This document shows positions 9,078 through 19,790 of a stretch of 64,000 nucleotides of DNA, piece by piece. Made by a program: the position numbers and the translations under genes. The stretch spans positions 17,509 to 81,508 of the forward strand of contig JBHLMQ010000008.1 of assembly GCA_048938005.1 (NCBI GenBank), read 5' to 3'. The notes under the pieces were generated by a model. That model saw only the letters and a list, made by a program, of their open reading frames with translations. It was not told where the DNA came from and searched no databases. Within the stretch, counting starts at the first letter, position 1. The number at the start of each line of letters is the position of its first letter. The DNA is from Promethearchaeota archaeon. Lineage in GTDB: Archaea; Asgardarchaeota; Lokiarchaeia; Sigyniarchaeales; SOKP01.

Positions 9078-9542
9078 ATGGAAGTAATAGAAAAGCAATT
9101 AAAAGAATTTGAAATAATTGATAAGTTATTAGATAAAAAAAAAATCTTCTCTAGTGAACGATTATTTAATTGTATTCTGGGTTTAAATAAAACAGAATCT
9201 AAAGTTCTTGGATACTTATTAAAAATTAAAGATGTTAGAACATCCGAAATCGCAGATACACTAAAGATGGATAGAAGCTCAATTCAAAGAGCTCTTCAAG
9301 ATTTGTCTGAATTAAAACTCATTGAACGGAAATCCATGTCAATGAAAGATTACACCCATGTTAAAGGGTTAGAAGATACGAAAAAACAAGGATACCTTTA
9401 TGTATATAATGCTAAAAATATGGATTCAATAAAAATCCAGTTTAAAAAATTATTAGACAAATGGTATAACTCAATGTTAAGCTACATTGAAAATCTTGAA
9501 AATCTTTGCGAATGTTGCGGTTTTAAATTTGATCCATGCTAA
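9078..9542 (+). CDS. Winged-HTH transcription regulator (TrmB/MarR-like) with Cys-rich tail
   Basis: LGLNKTESKVL...SEIADTLKMDRSSIQRALQDL; C-terminal CECCGFKFDPC; ATG 9078 follows GAGGGA. Confidence 0.75.
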   Translation: MEVIEKQLKEFEIIDKLLDKKKIFSSERLFNCILGLNKTESKVLGYLLKIKDVRTSEIADTLKMDRSSIQRALQDLSELKLIERKSMSMKDYTHVKGLEDTKKQGYLYVYNAKNMDSIKIQFKKLLDKWYNSMLSYIENLENLCECCGFKFDPC

Positions 9543-9585
9543 ATCTTATACATAAAATAAGAAAAAAAATAGATTTCTGATAGGT

Positions 9586-9954
9586 TTATTTTGCATCCTC
9601 ATCTTCTTCCATAATACCTAATCTATTACCTTCTGTATCCTTAATAAACGCGTAATATCCGACTCCAGGAATGGGACTCTTAGATCTTATAATTTCTCCT
9701 CCACCTTTTTTTATCTTCTTAATAGATTCATCAACCGAGGCTACACCAACATAATTAAAAATGTGGTCATCTTTATTTTCCCGTTTTTGTAAACCACCAT
9801 TAATTCCTTCCTCATCTTCCTCCCCTGCAGTAATAAGCCAGTATTCAATAGGTCCTTCCCATTTTTCAATTTTCCAGTTAAATACATTCTCATAGAATTT
9901 TTTTGCCCGAAGTGGATCATCTGCATTAATTTCGAAATGGTTAATTTTGGTCAT
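9586..9954 (-). CDS. VOC/glyoxalase family protein
   Basis: HFEINADD...AKKFYENVFNW, GINGGL, DTEGNRLG. Confidence 0.9.
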   Translation of the reverse strand: MTKINHFEINADDPLRAKKFYENVFNWKIEKWEGPIEYWLITAGEEDEEGINGGLQKRENKDDHIFNYVGVASVDESIKKIKKGGGEIIRSKSPIPGVGYYAFIKDTEGNRLGIMEEDEDAK

Positions 9955-10113
9955 AAATTCACCTCAAATTTAATATTTCTTAGTTTAAATCATTCGCAAA
10001 AAATATAAATTTTTAGCTTGAGATTCAAAGGTGTTGAAACATATTTAATAGAAAAGAGTCTCAATTTTTTTTTGAAAATTATAAATTTATACTGCTAAAC
10101 ATTTAGGTTAACT

Positions 10114-11178
10114 ATGAATTATTATACCAAAGATACATTACTCTCTGCAGTTGGAAATAGTACTAAGCTAATTGAATTGAATTCTGATGAAGCAACTATT
10201 ATAATATCAGAATATGGTGGACGAGTTTTAGGTTTTTTTCCAAAGCAGGATTGCTATAGTTTATTATGGATAAATCCAAAAATTAGAAAAATAATAAAAA
10301 CAAGAAATAGGGCAATTGGGGGAGACAGATATTGGATAAGTCCTGAACGAGATTTCTTTTATAAAGATCCGGAAAATTTTAGAGATTGGTTTTGTGCTAG
10401 TGGATTAGATCCTGCTAATTATGAAATTCTTGGTAGTAATGAATTTTCTTGTTCAGTTTCAAGCAATTTATTCATTACTAATATGAGAACAAAACAAGGA
10501 TACCAAGGAGAAATTACAAGACAATTTAGATTAATAAATGAAACGTATCAAACGGATTTATCTTATTGTGGAGTAGAAATTCTTGATGATTGTGTATTTT
10601 ATAGACCAGATCTTAAAATAAATGGGTGGAATTTAGCTACAATTATAAGTGGTGGTCCAGAGAATCCAGGTACAGTATTAGTCCACACTAAATCTAACCC
10701 TAAACCACTCTCATATTTTCGAACTATTCCGGAAGATCGTTTGAAGGTTAAAGAAAATTACATAGCATTTAAGGTTGATGTAGATGATATTTATAAGTTA
10801 GCTATTAGACCTGAAGATATTGATTTTTCAAGACCAGCTAAAATAGGCTATATACTTAAAATGCCTGATAATGGAGATTATGGATTTTTAGTCAAACTTT
10901 CGGATGATATTGCAAGAACTCAAAATGAATGTTTTGATGTAGCTCGAGACAATCCTGATTCTGAGATAGGAGTTATTCAATCATATAATTCTGAGTCACC
11001 AGAGAAACAATTCTTGAATTATGGAGAAATTGAACTCCAATTGAACCAATTTGAAACAATTGATAATGCCTCTCATGGAAAAGCTAAACATCAACTTTTT
11101 GGATATATTGGAACTAAAGATGAGATTTTAGGTGTGGTTGAAAAATATCTTGGAATTGTAAATCCACATTTATTTTGA
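10114..11178 (+). CDS. Hypothetical protein, possibly galactose-mutarotase-like beta-sandwich
   Basis: Long clean ORF; YGGRVLG and GGDRYWISPE motifs; function not recognised. Confidence 0.5.
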   Translation: MNYYTKDTLLSAVGNSTKLIELNSDEATIIISEYGGRVLGFFPKQDCYSLLWINPKIRKIIKTRNRAIGGDRYWISPERDFFYKDPENFRDWFCASGLDPANYEILGSNEFSCSVSSNLFITNMRTKQGYQGEITRQFRLINETYQTDLSYCGVEILDDCVFYRPDLKINGWNLATIISGGPENPGTVLVHTKSNPKPLSYFRTIPEDRLKVKENYIAFKVDVDDIYKLAIRPEDIDFSRPAKIGYILKMPDNGDYGFLVKLSDDIARTQNECFDVARDNPDSEIGVIQSYNSESPEKQFLNYGEIELQLNQFETIDNASHGKAKHQLFGYIGTKDEILGVVEKYLGIVNPHLF

Positions 11179-11184
11179 ATTCTT

Positions 11185-11556
11185 TCAATCCCCAGTTGGT
11201 TTTATAGAACTTTTTTCTATCAATAGTACTGATGTACGAGAAGGAGCTCTTGTTCGATGTATAACACCTTTTGGTACAGTAAAACCTTGTTTTGGTTTCA
11301 ATTCAATTACTTCCTCTTCCAAATCAATTATTAATAATCCTTCGATAACAAAAAAGAATTCATCTTCTTTCTCATGTTTATGCCAATGAAATTCTCCTTC
11401 AATAACTGCTAATCTAACAACTGAATCATTAACATTACAAAGGGATAAATTTTGCCATTTTTTTGAACATTCTTCTATTAATTGGGAAATATCAATGATC
11501 TCTAAAGGTTTGAATTTTATTTTGAGATCAATAGAATATTTATTATTATTCTTCAT
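11185..11556 (-). CDS. Cupin domain protein
   Basis: GEFHWHKHEKEDEFFFV...VPKGVIHRT. Confidence 0.9.
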   Translation of the reverse strand: MKNNNKYSIDLKIKFKPLEIIDISQLIEECSKKWQNLSLCNVNDSVVRLAVIEGEFHWHKHEKEDEFFFVIEGLLIIDLEEEVIELKPKQGFTVPKGVIHRTRAPSRTSVLLIEKSSIKPTGD

Positions 11557-11849
11557 TTTTCATTCTCTCAAATGAGTTTTATTGTTAAAAGAACTTTAAT
11601 CATTCTATGAAATAGATTCTTAAAAAATTTAGGTTGAATTTAATTTAATATTTAAGATTTATATTTTAATCTCATTCTTTGGGTATCAAAAGAGAAGATA
11701 ATAAATAAGCTATAAATTACATTTTTTAGGATTATTATTAAAATATATTCAAAAATATTATAGATGAATTTAAATAATATCTTTAGATAAAGTATTATTA
11801 TAACCTATTAATTGGTTTTTAATCAGAAACAAAAATGGTATGAGATCTA

Positions 11850-13028
11850 ATGAAAAATAATTCGAAATATATAAAATATTTTTTAGTAATAATTATAGGG
11901 ATATTAACACTAGGTTTTTTCTTGGGCTTATCGGTGTTAAGAAATAATGATTATTCAAAAAATGAAGATATAACCTCAATCAAATCCAGTGATGGGACAA
12001 TTACAATTTACGACTACAATCCGTATGGGACTTTATTTGGAAGTAGTGCGCTTACTCACGGTGAACAAGAATATTTTGAATGGAGCATTTCTACTCTATA
12101 TGGCCCAGGATTCACATGGTATATTATGAATAATACAGATTTTGTGAATTTGGTTGCATTTCAACCTCAATGGCGCACTCGTGGGAATTTCTCCTATACT
12201 GAGCTTATTTCAGATGAGGAGGTATCAGCCTCAGGAATTTTCTATCCTCATTATTCGGCTCAATGGTGGCTTGTCGCAATAAATCATTGGTTTGGCTATA
12301 ATTGTTCGGCTTATTATACAGATTTTTGGTTGGATGATTTTATTACTGTTACTGCACCTACAAGTACTAGTTCTTGGTCAGTAGGTACATCTTACAATAT
12401 TGATTGGACATGGGGTGGTGATTTTGATTATGTCAATATTGACCTTTATCACGATGGTAATTTTTTGAGAAGTATTGTCAACAATACTCAAAATGATGGT
12501 TCTTATCTATGGAATATTCCCAGTGACATTTCATTATACGACGATCTATACCAAGTGAATGTATCTAATAGCGATTTTACAAATACTTCTGATATCAGTG
12601 ATGCATATTTTGAAATCATAGAAGGCACTATTACCGTAACAAGCCCTTCTATTACCGATTCATGGGAAACAGAAACGAGTCATTCCATCACATGGACATC
12701 AACAGGTTCTATTACAGATGTAAAGATTGAACTCTTTAAGAATAATATTTTTGAGTTGGAAATTGTTTCAAGTACACCTAACGATGGTAGCTTTCCTTGG
12801 ATTATTCCTTCAGGGCTCGATAATTCTACACAGTATCAAGTAAAAATTACAGATGTATCAAATTCTCTTATTAATGATTATAGCGATTATTTTGAGATAT
12901 ATACTGAACCTTCTACGTCTGGACAAACTACAATTCCCGGGTATGATTTAATGATATTAATTGGCACTTCAATTATAAGCATAATAGGATTAACATATTT
13001 TTTGTATAATAGGAAAAAAAGTAAGTAA
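11850..13028 (+). CDS. Cell-surface protein with two Ser/Thr-rich (Kre9/KNH-like) Ig-type repeats and IPGY-type (Loki-CTERM-like) anchor
   Basis: N-terminal signal/TM; repeats ITVTxP...W...Y.I.WT...NDGSxxWxIP; C-terminal IPGYDLMILIG + TM + RKKSK. Confidence 0.8.
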   Translation: MKNNSKYIKYFLVIIIGILTLGFFLGLSVLRNNDYSKNEDITSIKSSDGTITIYDYNPYGTLFGSSALTHGEQEYFEWSISTLYGPGFTWYIMNNTDFVNLVAFQPQWRTRGNFSYTELISDEEVSASGIFYPHYSAQWWLVAINHWFGYNCSAYYTDFWLDDFITVTAPTSTSSWSVGTSYNIDWTWGGDFDYVNIDLYHDGNFLRSIVNNTQNDGSYLWNIPSDISLYDDLYQVNVSNSDFTNTSDISDAYFEIIEGTITVTSPSITDSWETETSHSITWTSTGSITDVKIELFKNNIFELEIVSSTPNDGSFPWIIPSGLDNSTQYQVKITDVSNSLINDYSDYFEIYTEPSTSGQTTIPGYDLMILIGTSIISIIGLTYFLYNRKKSK

Positions 13029-13103
13029 ATTTATAAAATTAAAAAAATTTTTTTTTTATCTTTATTAAACGACTTGAGAAAATTAATTAAAGAAAGGAGT
13101 TAT

Positions 13104-15056
13104 TTAGAGTTTCAATTTACTCCGCCAAAAGTTAATTTTTTGGATGAGTTCTTCTTTTTCGACCTCATTTAATAAATTCATATTTCGCTTGAGATCGGTA
13201 GTACCCATTCTTATCTGCCTCAAAACAGCACTGAAACCTTTTCTTTCAAGGAGATCATCTTGTAATTTCTCTAAAAGTAAGGCAATCTGAGCCCCTGGCA
13301 GTGTATCAATCTTACTCAATATATTATCAAATTGGCTAGATAGGAAACCATCTGTTGATATAAAAGCAGCAGGTTGAATATCTGGTGTTTTTTTAATAGG
13401 TTCTAATTGAGGCACTAAAGGCTTAGACGGTATTGGTTTAATAGGTTCTTCGGCAATAATTTCAGGTGTTTCAATGGGTTTGGGTAGTATTTGTTCAGAT
13501 ACCCTTGATGTTGGTGTGATGGGTTGCTGGAATCGCGGTTGCGCAAACTCGCGCACAGGAGCTTGTTTTATCGCCTGTAAAACTTCTACTTGCTCATATT
13601 TTTTACTCTGAATCCATACATCTTCTAGAACAGCAGCAAACAGTTTTACGTGTTCCTCTAAGACTGATCCCATTCCAGCAATTTCGATTTCCCCCGTTTC
13701 TGTTTTTGATACGACACAAACTACAACTTCTTCGAAATCTTTATTTATCGACCATAAATTTTCTCTAGAATAATGCCTTATTGAAATATTAGAAAGATCT
13801 GCAACCTCTTTAAATCGTAATTGATCCTCTGGATCAGTTAAATCAAAATTTGTGGATATTCTAATGTTTATATGTTTTTTTAATCGTGATAAAGCAATTA
13901 AATCAATATCCTCCAATTTAGGAGCTACAATATGGACTCGCATTTTCACTCTTGATAATGCTGCATTTATTTGTGCCATGATCCCTTCAACGCTTCGTAC
14001 AAACCATACATCTTTAAAACTTAACAGTGAAGCTTGTTTTGAGCGCTCCCAAAATTCATTCATAGTAAGCTCGGCACTTTCCAATTGATTTATAATATTA
14101 TTGACTATATCATCTTGTATTGTCTCGAAAATTTCTTTCCGGAATAGATCTTTAAGTTCTGTGATTCCAGAAATAATATCATCATAAACTCCTAAAACTC
14201 TCTTTTCCAAATCTTCTAAAGTACTTTTAAGCCCGCTCTCTATGTCTGTAAATACAGTTCCTAAATCAGTACCAATCTCCCCGGCAGTATCTGTAAGACT
14301 TCCTAATTGATTTATGACTTGATCGAGCATGTTCTGTGTTGTTTGAACGAATTTATCCTTGAAATATTTAGTTATTTCTGTAAATTGTTCTGAAATTACT
14401 TTAGAAACAATTTTTTCAGCCATACTACTCAATGCTCCAACCCTAAACTGTTTTTCAAATCTATTTGCTATCTCTGATTTTATTAATTCTAATTGAGACT
14501 CCATAGCTTCAAATTCCTTAGTTATATCCGCGGGTACAATTTCTTTTAAATTATAGATAAAGCGTTTTACATCTTGAAACCTCTTAACTTGTTCAAGTTC
14601 TTTTTCAAAGCGTTCAAATTGAGTCTTTATTTGAGCTGGCAATTTTGTCTTCATTAATTGAAGGTATGTTCGATAATCATCTAATTTTTTAAGTTTTGCG
14701 GAGTGTTGTCCTAAAGAATCAAATTTTTCTTGTATATTCTGAGGAGTTATTTGTTGAAATGATTTTATGGCTTCTTTGAAGTGATGAATCTGGCTTACAA
14801 GTGCCACGTATGGAGGTAATGCTTCATAAATTGGCGTTTTTCCAGGGATTTGCTTGAGAAGCCCTTTTTGAAATAGGTTATTTGCGATTGCTGCTGCTCT
14901 CTCTTCATTAACATTAGCAAGTATAGCAATTTCACCAACCATTACAGGGCCTCTTCCTGTTATCTTATAATATGTATTGACTTCATCATGAGCTAATCCT
15001 ATTAGTTCTAAAACTTGTTTTGTTACTGAATCATTGTCACTTAACAAACTGAACAT
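13104..15056 (-). CDS. TrmB-like HTH / long coiled-coil / PLD-like effector domain protein
   Basis: LELIGLAHDEVNTY...GEIA...LFQKGLL...YEALPP (TrmB HTH); amphipathic helical middle; VWFVRS...HIVAPK TrmB C-domain-like region; Pro-rich linker. Confidence 0.6.
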   Translation of the reverse strand: MFSLLSDNDSVTKQVLELIGLAHDEVNTYYKITGRGPVMVGEIAILANVNEERAAAIANNLFQKGLLKQIPGKTPIYEALPPYVALVSQIHHFKEAIKSFQQITPQNIQEKFDSLGQHSAKLKKLDDYRTYLQLMKTKLPAQIKTQFERFEKELEQVKRFQDVKRFIYNLKEIVPADITKEFEAMESQLELIKSEIANRFEKQFRVGALSSMAEKIVSKVISEQFTEITKYFKDKFVQTTQNMLDQVINQLGSLTDTAGEIGTDLGTVFTDIESGLKSTLEDLEKRVLGVYDDIISGITELKDLFRKEIFETIQDDIVNNIINQLESAELTMNEFWERSKQASLLSFKDVWFVRSVEGIMAQINAALSRVKMRVHIVAPKLEDIDLIALSRLKKHINIRISTNFDLTDPEDQLRFKEVADLSNISIRHYSRENLWSINKDFEEVVVCVVSKTETGEIEIAGMGSVLEEHVKLFAAVLEDVWIQSKKYEQVEVLQAIKQAPVREFAQPRFQQPITPTSRVSEQILPKPIETPEIIAEEPIKPIPSKPLVPQLEPIKKTPDIQPAAFISTDGFLSSQFDNILSKIDTLPGAQIALLLEKLQDDLLERKGFSAVLRQIRMGTTDLKRNMNLLNEVEKEELIQKINFWRSKLKL

Positions 15057-15065
15057 TACCTTTTT

Positions 15066-16193
15066 TTATTTTTTATATGCTTTTTCAAGAAATTCCAAAT
15101 GCTTGATTGCTACATTTTTCTTTAACTTCCCATCTATTCGATCCTTTCGAATTTTTTCAATTATATATTCGGGATAAAATGTATGAACAACAATATCACT
15201 TAATAAAAATACCCATACTGTATCTTTACTGTCTTTTATTATTTTAATAATTTGATCCTCTTCCATAGCCTTTAAAAAACTCCCAACTTGGCCTAAACTT
15301 TCTCCGGGTCCTTTAGGAATCTTGTTTAATGGATATACTCTTTCCCTAAATAAAGTTAAATAATCATAGTTATCCGGATTAATTAGAATTCTGGCAATTT
15401 TTATATTATCTTCAAATGTTGGCTTATAATTTGCAAAAAAATTGTTTACTTCTTCGAGATATTTGGTTGCTACTTCTGGTGTTGGCAAATTTTTCTTAGC
15501 GTCTTCGACTAACTTTGTTACTGGTGATCTAAAAATTGCAAAATCATTTAGAAGGAATAAGGTGATATCCGTATCACCTTCAACCCAATCTTGCATTATT
15601 AATCCAGTTTTAATAAAAGGATCTAAAACATATTCGATATTTGGAATTATTTTCTGCAATCTCTCTTCGATAATTCCTTGTAATTCTCTCCTAAATAATG
15701 CTCTTTCTTGTAAAGCCTCCAGTATTGCCCTTGCTTTTTCACTGGTATAAATTTGTGCTAATCTTTGCTCTTTTGATAAATTTTTCAATCGGTCTAATAA
15801 AATTAAAGTATTCTTTAGGTAGAGTCTTATAGTTTTTACGATTTCATAACTTTGAGATACATTCATACTCATTTGTCTTAAATACTTTAAGAGATCTTCA
15901 TTAACCTCTTTTAATACCGCTTCACCAAACATTTCTGGATCTTCTCCGAGTTCTAACATTAAATTGATCATTACAGGCATATCTGAATCCATACCAGTAA
16001 AATAACTCCATACGTTCGAGCGCGCTTTTTCTAATCGTACTAATACATTTCCCGCCGCTCCTGCACCTGTAATGTGAGCATAAAAAATACGCATCATATC
16101 ATCCAAATCTATTTTAACTTCTTCTGGATACTTAAGTTTAACAACTAAACCTTGGTCCTCAGTCCATTCAGTTATAATATAACCATATGGCAT
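15066..16193 (-). CDS. uDENN/longin-like + tandem winged-helix protein (NPRL2-like architecture)
   Basis: N-terminal EWTEDQGLVVKLKYP and SYFTG...EDPEMF; colinear with the C-terminal ~360 aa of the 2083-aa protein. Confidence 0.6.
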   Translation of the reverse strand: MPYGYIITEWTEDQGLVVKLKYPEEVKIDLDDMMRIFYAHITGAGAAGNVLVRLEKARSNVWSYFTGMDSDMPVMINLMLELGEDPEMFGEAVLKEVNEDLLKYLRQMSMNVSQSYEIVKTIRLYLKNTLILLDRLKNLSKEQRLAQIYTSEKARAILEALQERALFRRELQGIIEERLQKIIPNIEYVLDPFIKTGLIMQDWVEGDTDITLFLLNDFAIFRSPVTKLVEDAKKNLPTPEVATKYLEEVNNFFANYKPTFEDNIKIARILINPDNYDYLTLFRERVYPLNKIPKGPGESLGQVGSFLKAMEEDQIIKIIKDSKDTVWVFLLSDIVVHTFYPEYIIEKIRKDRIDGKLKKNVAIKHLEFLEKAYKK

Positions 16194-19100
16194 TTAATCT
16201 TCTCCCTCTTTTTTAATGAATATTTTTTCAATTTTATCTGCTTTTTCAGTTTGAATTAAATCCAAATCTAAAATTTTTACTTGATTTTGGAAATTAGTTT
16301 CAATGATATCATCTCGCTTTGGTACTAAAATAGGTTTTGTCTTTTTTGTTTTTCTAACTTTTTTCTTTAACTTTCTGATTTTTCTTACCATTGGAGGATA
16401 TTTATAATGTGTTTGATAGAGCGTGAAAACCGTAATAAGTACAATGATCCCCCCAATTAATGCATATATAAGCCAACTCAAGTCAGGTCCAGCAGTAGTA
16501 GAAGGGGTGCTTACTATCAATGTTATCTTATATTCTTTAAAATTATATTCCCCGGAAATAGCATTTATTCTTATTTCATGAACTCCTTTTCGAACATTTG
16601 GAAGGATTGCATTATATATCCCATCATTATCTAGATCTTCAAGTTCTCCCTGTCCATAGGCCCATGTAAATGTCACATTAGCATTTTTAATAGTGTTATT
16701 TAAAGGATCTTTTAAGATAATATTTAATGATACATCTTCTCCAACATAAACTTCTATTTGATCACCTCCATCTGCTCGACTAATATTTCCAACTATTCTA
16801 CTAACTTCAATCCAAAAAACTATTGATTGCGGTTGATAATTTGGGACTTCTGCAAATACTGAGAATTGAGTGGTTCCATAACCTAAATCAATAGCTTTTA
16901 TACTATAATTGTAATAGTTATTTGTTTCATTAAAATCACCTATTCCTGATAAATTGACACTTGCATTTGATAGATGTGTACCTGTTAAATTATCAGTGAA
17001 AGTTATAGTCACATTTATTATCGCATCAAGGTTAACTGATATTTTGTCATTATTTCCTTTTTCTTCTCCATTTAAAAATAAATTTAAAGAAGACGCTAAT
17101 TCAGTAATATACACCCTAATTATAACAGATTGGGCTTCATATTTATACTTATTAATAGAGATAATGAATGATGGGATAGTTTCTGATGTATAAGCAGAAG
17201 TATTACACTGCAACTCATATTGTCCTACAACAGGTTGATTCAGATAGTAATCACCTAACCAACTAATCGAAATATCACCAACAGCATCTATTCCAATTCC
17301 AGGATTGTTCTTTTCAGTAAAATTAAATTGTAAAGTAAAATTTTGCTTCCAAGGGACACTGAAAAAATTATCTTCTACCGTGAGAAGGGTTTCTTTTACT
17401 ACATCAACAGTGATATTTATTACTTTATTTAAATGATATGTAGAATTGGCATAAATTGTCAATGTATTATTTCCAGCGCTAGCTTTAGATGCATTAAATA
17501 TGAATAAATAAAACCCCGGACTTGTTTTAGTGAAATTATGATCCTCACCTGCAAAATTTGTATATACAAGACCATCATCTATTGCTGTATCATCTATTAA
17601 ATCTCTAAACGATACATAAATATTAACTTCACTGTCGTCAATCACATTTTCAATGAAATATATGCCTTGATCAGGTTCAAGTTTAGAATCATGAATTACT
17701 GCAAACTTTTGATAAATAATTCCTGTTTCATTTGATTGAAATGATGAATATGAATTATTCCAAGTGATAACCACTTCATATTCTCCAGCCTTATAATTAG
17801 GAACATTGTTAGGTATCATAAATGGGTCAAAATAAACAATCCCATTATCGTTAACTTGCTTATTTTGATATTCTCCTGTCCAAATTGTTCCATCCGGAAA
17901 TCTTAAGTACAGGGTTGCGTTAGTACTTCCGATATAACTAGATATATCAAGTTGAGGACTTACTATTTCTCCTGTTATATTAATATAATCTCCACTCATG
18001 AATGAATTATTAAGCACCCATGGTCCAGTAGCAGTAGAACCCTTATACACATCCAACTCTGAACAATAATTAGGTGATACAGCTGTTAGCTTCCAAAATC
18101 CATTTGTATTGTTTGTTATGGAACTTACTGGAATATTTACAACTTTTTTGTTTCCGTATTCTGTTATAGTAGTTTGAGAAATAGAATTAGGATTTTGAGA
18201 GAAAGATACTCCTATTAAATTGTAATCTGAAGGGTATTCAACAGTCATATTTGTTTCTTCGTATTCTGCTGGAATCTCCATATGGGCATAAGTTGTCCAA
18301 TCCACATTACTATTATTAGATACACTAAAAGCTGAGCCTTGATAATCTAGATCTGGATCAGCTGCATAATAACTTTCAGGCGTATATTTATTTGCAAACA
18401 AATTCAAATTTGCGTCAAGGTCTATTTTGTAGCTTATCCAGCTCCCGTCTTCTTCAAATGTTAAAGGCCAATTCAAATTGCTACTAAAATTAGCAATGAC
18501 AGATGATTGGATGCTTCCATTCCAATTACCCATAATTCCAACATTACCTTCACCATAATTAGCATTATCATTTACATCTTCACCATTTAATTGTAAATCA
18601 AGTTGAGATGGTTTTGTTTTAGCTTTAACTACTAAGGATACATTATCAATGAGAACAGAATATGCGGTAGAATAACCAGGATCTTCATGTCCACTAACCC
18701 TTTTAAATTCTAAAGTTATATTCATACTTTTAACTCCAACAGGAAATATTTGTTCATCATTGACATCTAAAAAAATAGGTTGCGGATTGTACCATTGCCC
18801 TGAAGGATTACCACATGCGTCTAACATTGATGCAAGGCCATTTCCCCATAAGGTTTTATCATTTATTATAGTTTGTAATACAAAATGGTTATTATATTGG
18901 TCACTGTACTTTGGAAAGGCAGCAAAACTTAACCAAGCTTCATCTACATCCCCTCTATCAAGTTCAAAAGTAGTTTCCCACCAACACTTATCACCAACGT
19001 CATATTCTCCACTCTCGTCTCCAACCCTTAATTCCAAGCAATCAGCTCCATCAGTACCATCTCCTACCCCATCATAATAATTTCCTGAAAAATCATTATC

Positions 19101-19619
19101 ATGTCCAATATCTCCTTCATCAAATGTCCAATTGGCAACGTCAAGACTATCATTATCATTTGCACCAGGGCCATTATCGGTTCCAGCATGAAAAGTCCCA
19201 TTAATCCAATTTCGTGTATCATATAAGTCCTTTACCGTAGAATTTAATTGATACCCATTCCATCCATATAATTCTACTTTAGCATTAGTATTATCATAAG
19301 AATTATTATAAAAACTTACAGCTAAATTAGTTTTTGTTCGATTGGCATAATGAGTTACGTTCCAAGGTGCTCCATTACCACTAAATATATTATCAGTCGT
19401 TAAAGCCTGTGTTTTTAAATCTTCAGAAAATAATTGTTCCTTTTCATTATAACTTTGATTAGAATTCTGATTTATGTTAAGAGTATTTAAAAATGCAATC
19501 ATCAAAAAACTCATAAATAAAACCGATAAAACTATAGTCTTTTTTTTATTAACTCTATTCAAATTTAAAAATCTAGATCTGTTTACTCTCAATTCAATAC
19601 ACCAATGAAGGTTTTTCAT
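16194..19619 (-). CDS. Large single-pass cell-surface glycoprotein with Ig-like repeats
   Basis: N-terminal hydrophobic segment, beta-rich body with many NxS/T sequons, C-terminal TM (WLIYALIGGIIVLITVFTLY) then basic KYPPMVRKIRKLKKK. Confidence 0.8.
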   Translation of the reverse strand: MKNLHWCIELRVNRSRFLNLNRVNKKKTIVLSVLFMSFLMIAFLNTLNINQNSNQSYNEKEQLFSEDLKTQALTTDNIFSGNGAPWNVTHYANRTKTNLAVSFYNNSYDNTNAKVELYGWNGYQLNSTVKDLYDTRNWINGTFHAGTDNGPGANDNDSLDVANWTFDEGDIGHDNDFSGNYYDGVGDGTDGADCLELRVGDESGEYDVGDKCWWETTFELDRGDVDEAWLSFAAFPKYSDQYNNHFVLQTIINDKTLWGNGLASMLDACGNPSGQWYNPQPIFLDVNDEQIFPVGVKSMNITLEFKRVSGHEDPGYSTAYSVLIDNVSLVVKAKTKPSQLDLQLNGEDVNDNANYGEGNVGIMGNWNGSIQSSVIANFSSNLNWPLTFEEDGSWISYKIDLDANLNLFANKYTPESYYAADPDLDYQGSAFSVSNNSNVDWTTYAHMEIPAEYEETNMTVEYPSDYNLIGVSFSQNPNSISQTTITEYGNKKVVNIPVSSITNNTNGFWKLTAVSPNYCSELDVYKGSTATGPWVLNNSFMSGDYINITGEIVSPQLDISSYIGSTNATLYLRFPDGTIWTGEYQNKQVNDNGIVYFDPFMIPNNVPNYKAGEYEVVITWNNSYSSFQSNETGIIYQKFAVIHDSKLEPDQGIYFIENVIDDSEVNIYVSFRDLIDDTAIDDGLVYTNFAGEDHNFTKTSPGFYLFIFNASKASAGNNTLTIYANSTYHLNKVINITVDVVKETLLTVEDNFFSVPWKQNFTLQFNFTEKNNPGIGIDAVGDISISWLGDYYLNQPVVGQYELQCNTSAYTSETIPSFIISINKYKYEAQSVIIRVYITELASSLNLFLNGEEKGNNDKISVNLDAIINVTITFTDNLTGTHLSNASVNLSGIGDFNETNNYYNYSIKAIDLGYGTTQFSVFAEVPNYQPQSIVFWIEVSRIVGNISRADGGDQIEVYVGEDVSLNIILKDPLNNTIKNANVTFTWAYGQGELEDLDNDGIYNAILPNVRKGVHEIRINAISGEYNFKEYKITLIVSTPSTTAGPDLSWLIYALIGGIIVLITVFTLYQTHYKYPPMVRKIRKLKKKVRKTKKTKPILVPKRDDIIETNFQNQVKILDLDLIQTEKADKIEKIFIKKEGED

Positions 19620-19790
19620 TCTATTTTTTAAAGCAAATCTAAAATAATAAGTATATAACTTTTACTAAATAAGTTATTAGAATTATATATAGGTTAATAA
19701 TATAAATATGATATATTAAAATCTTTTTTTTATATCAATATAAGTTAGAATTTTTTATTTTAATCTCTAAAATATGAAAGTGATATTCAG

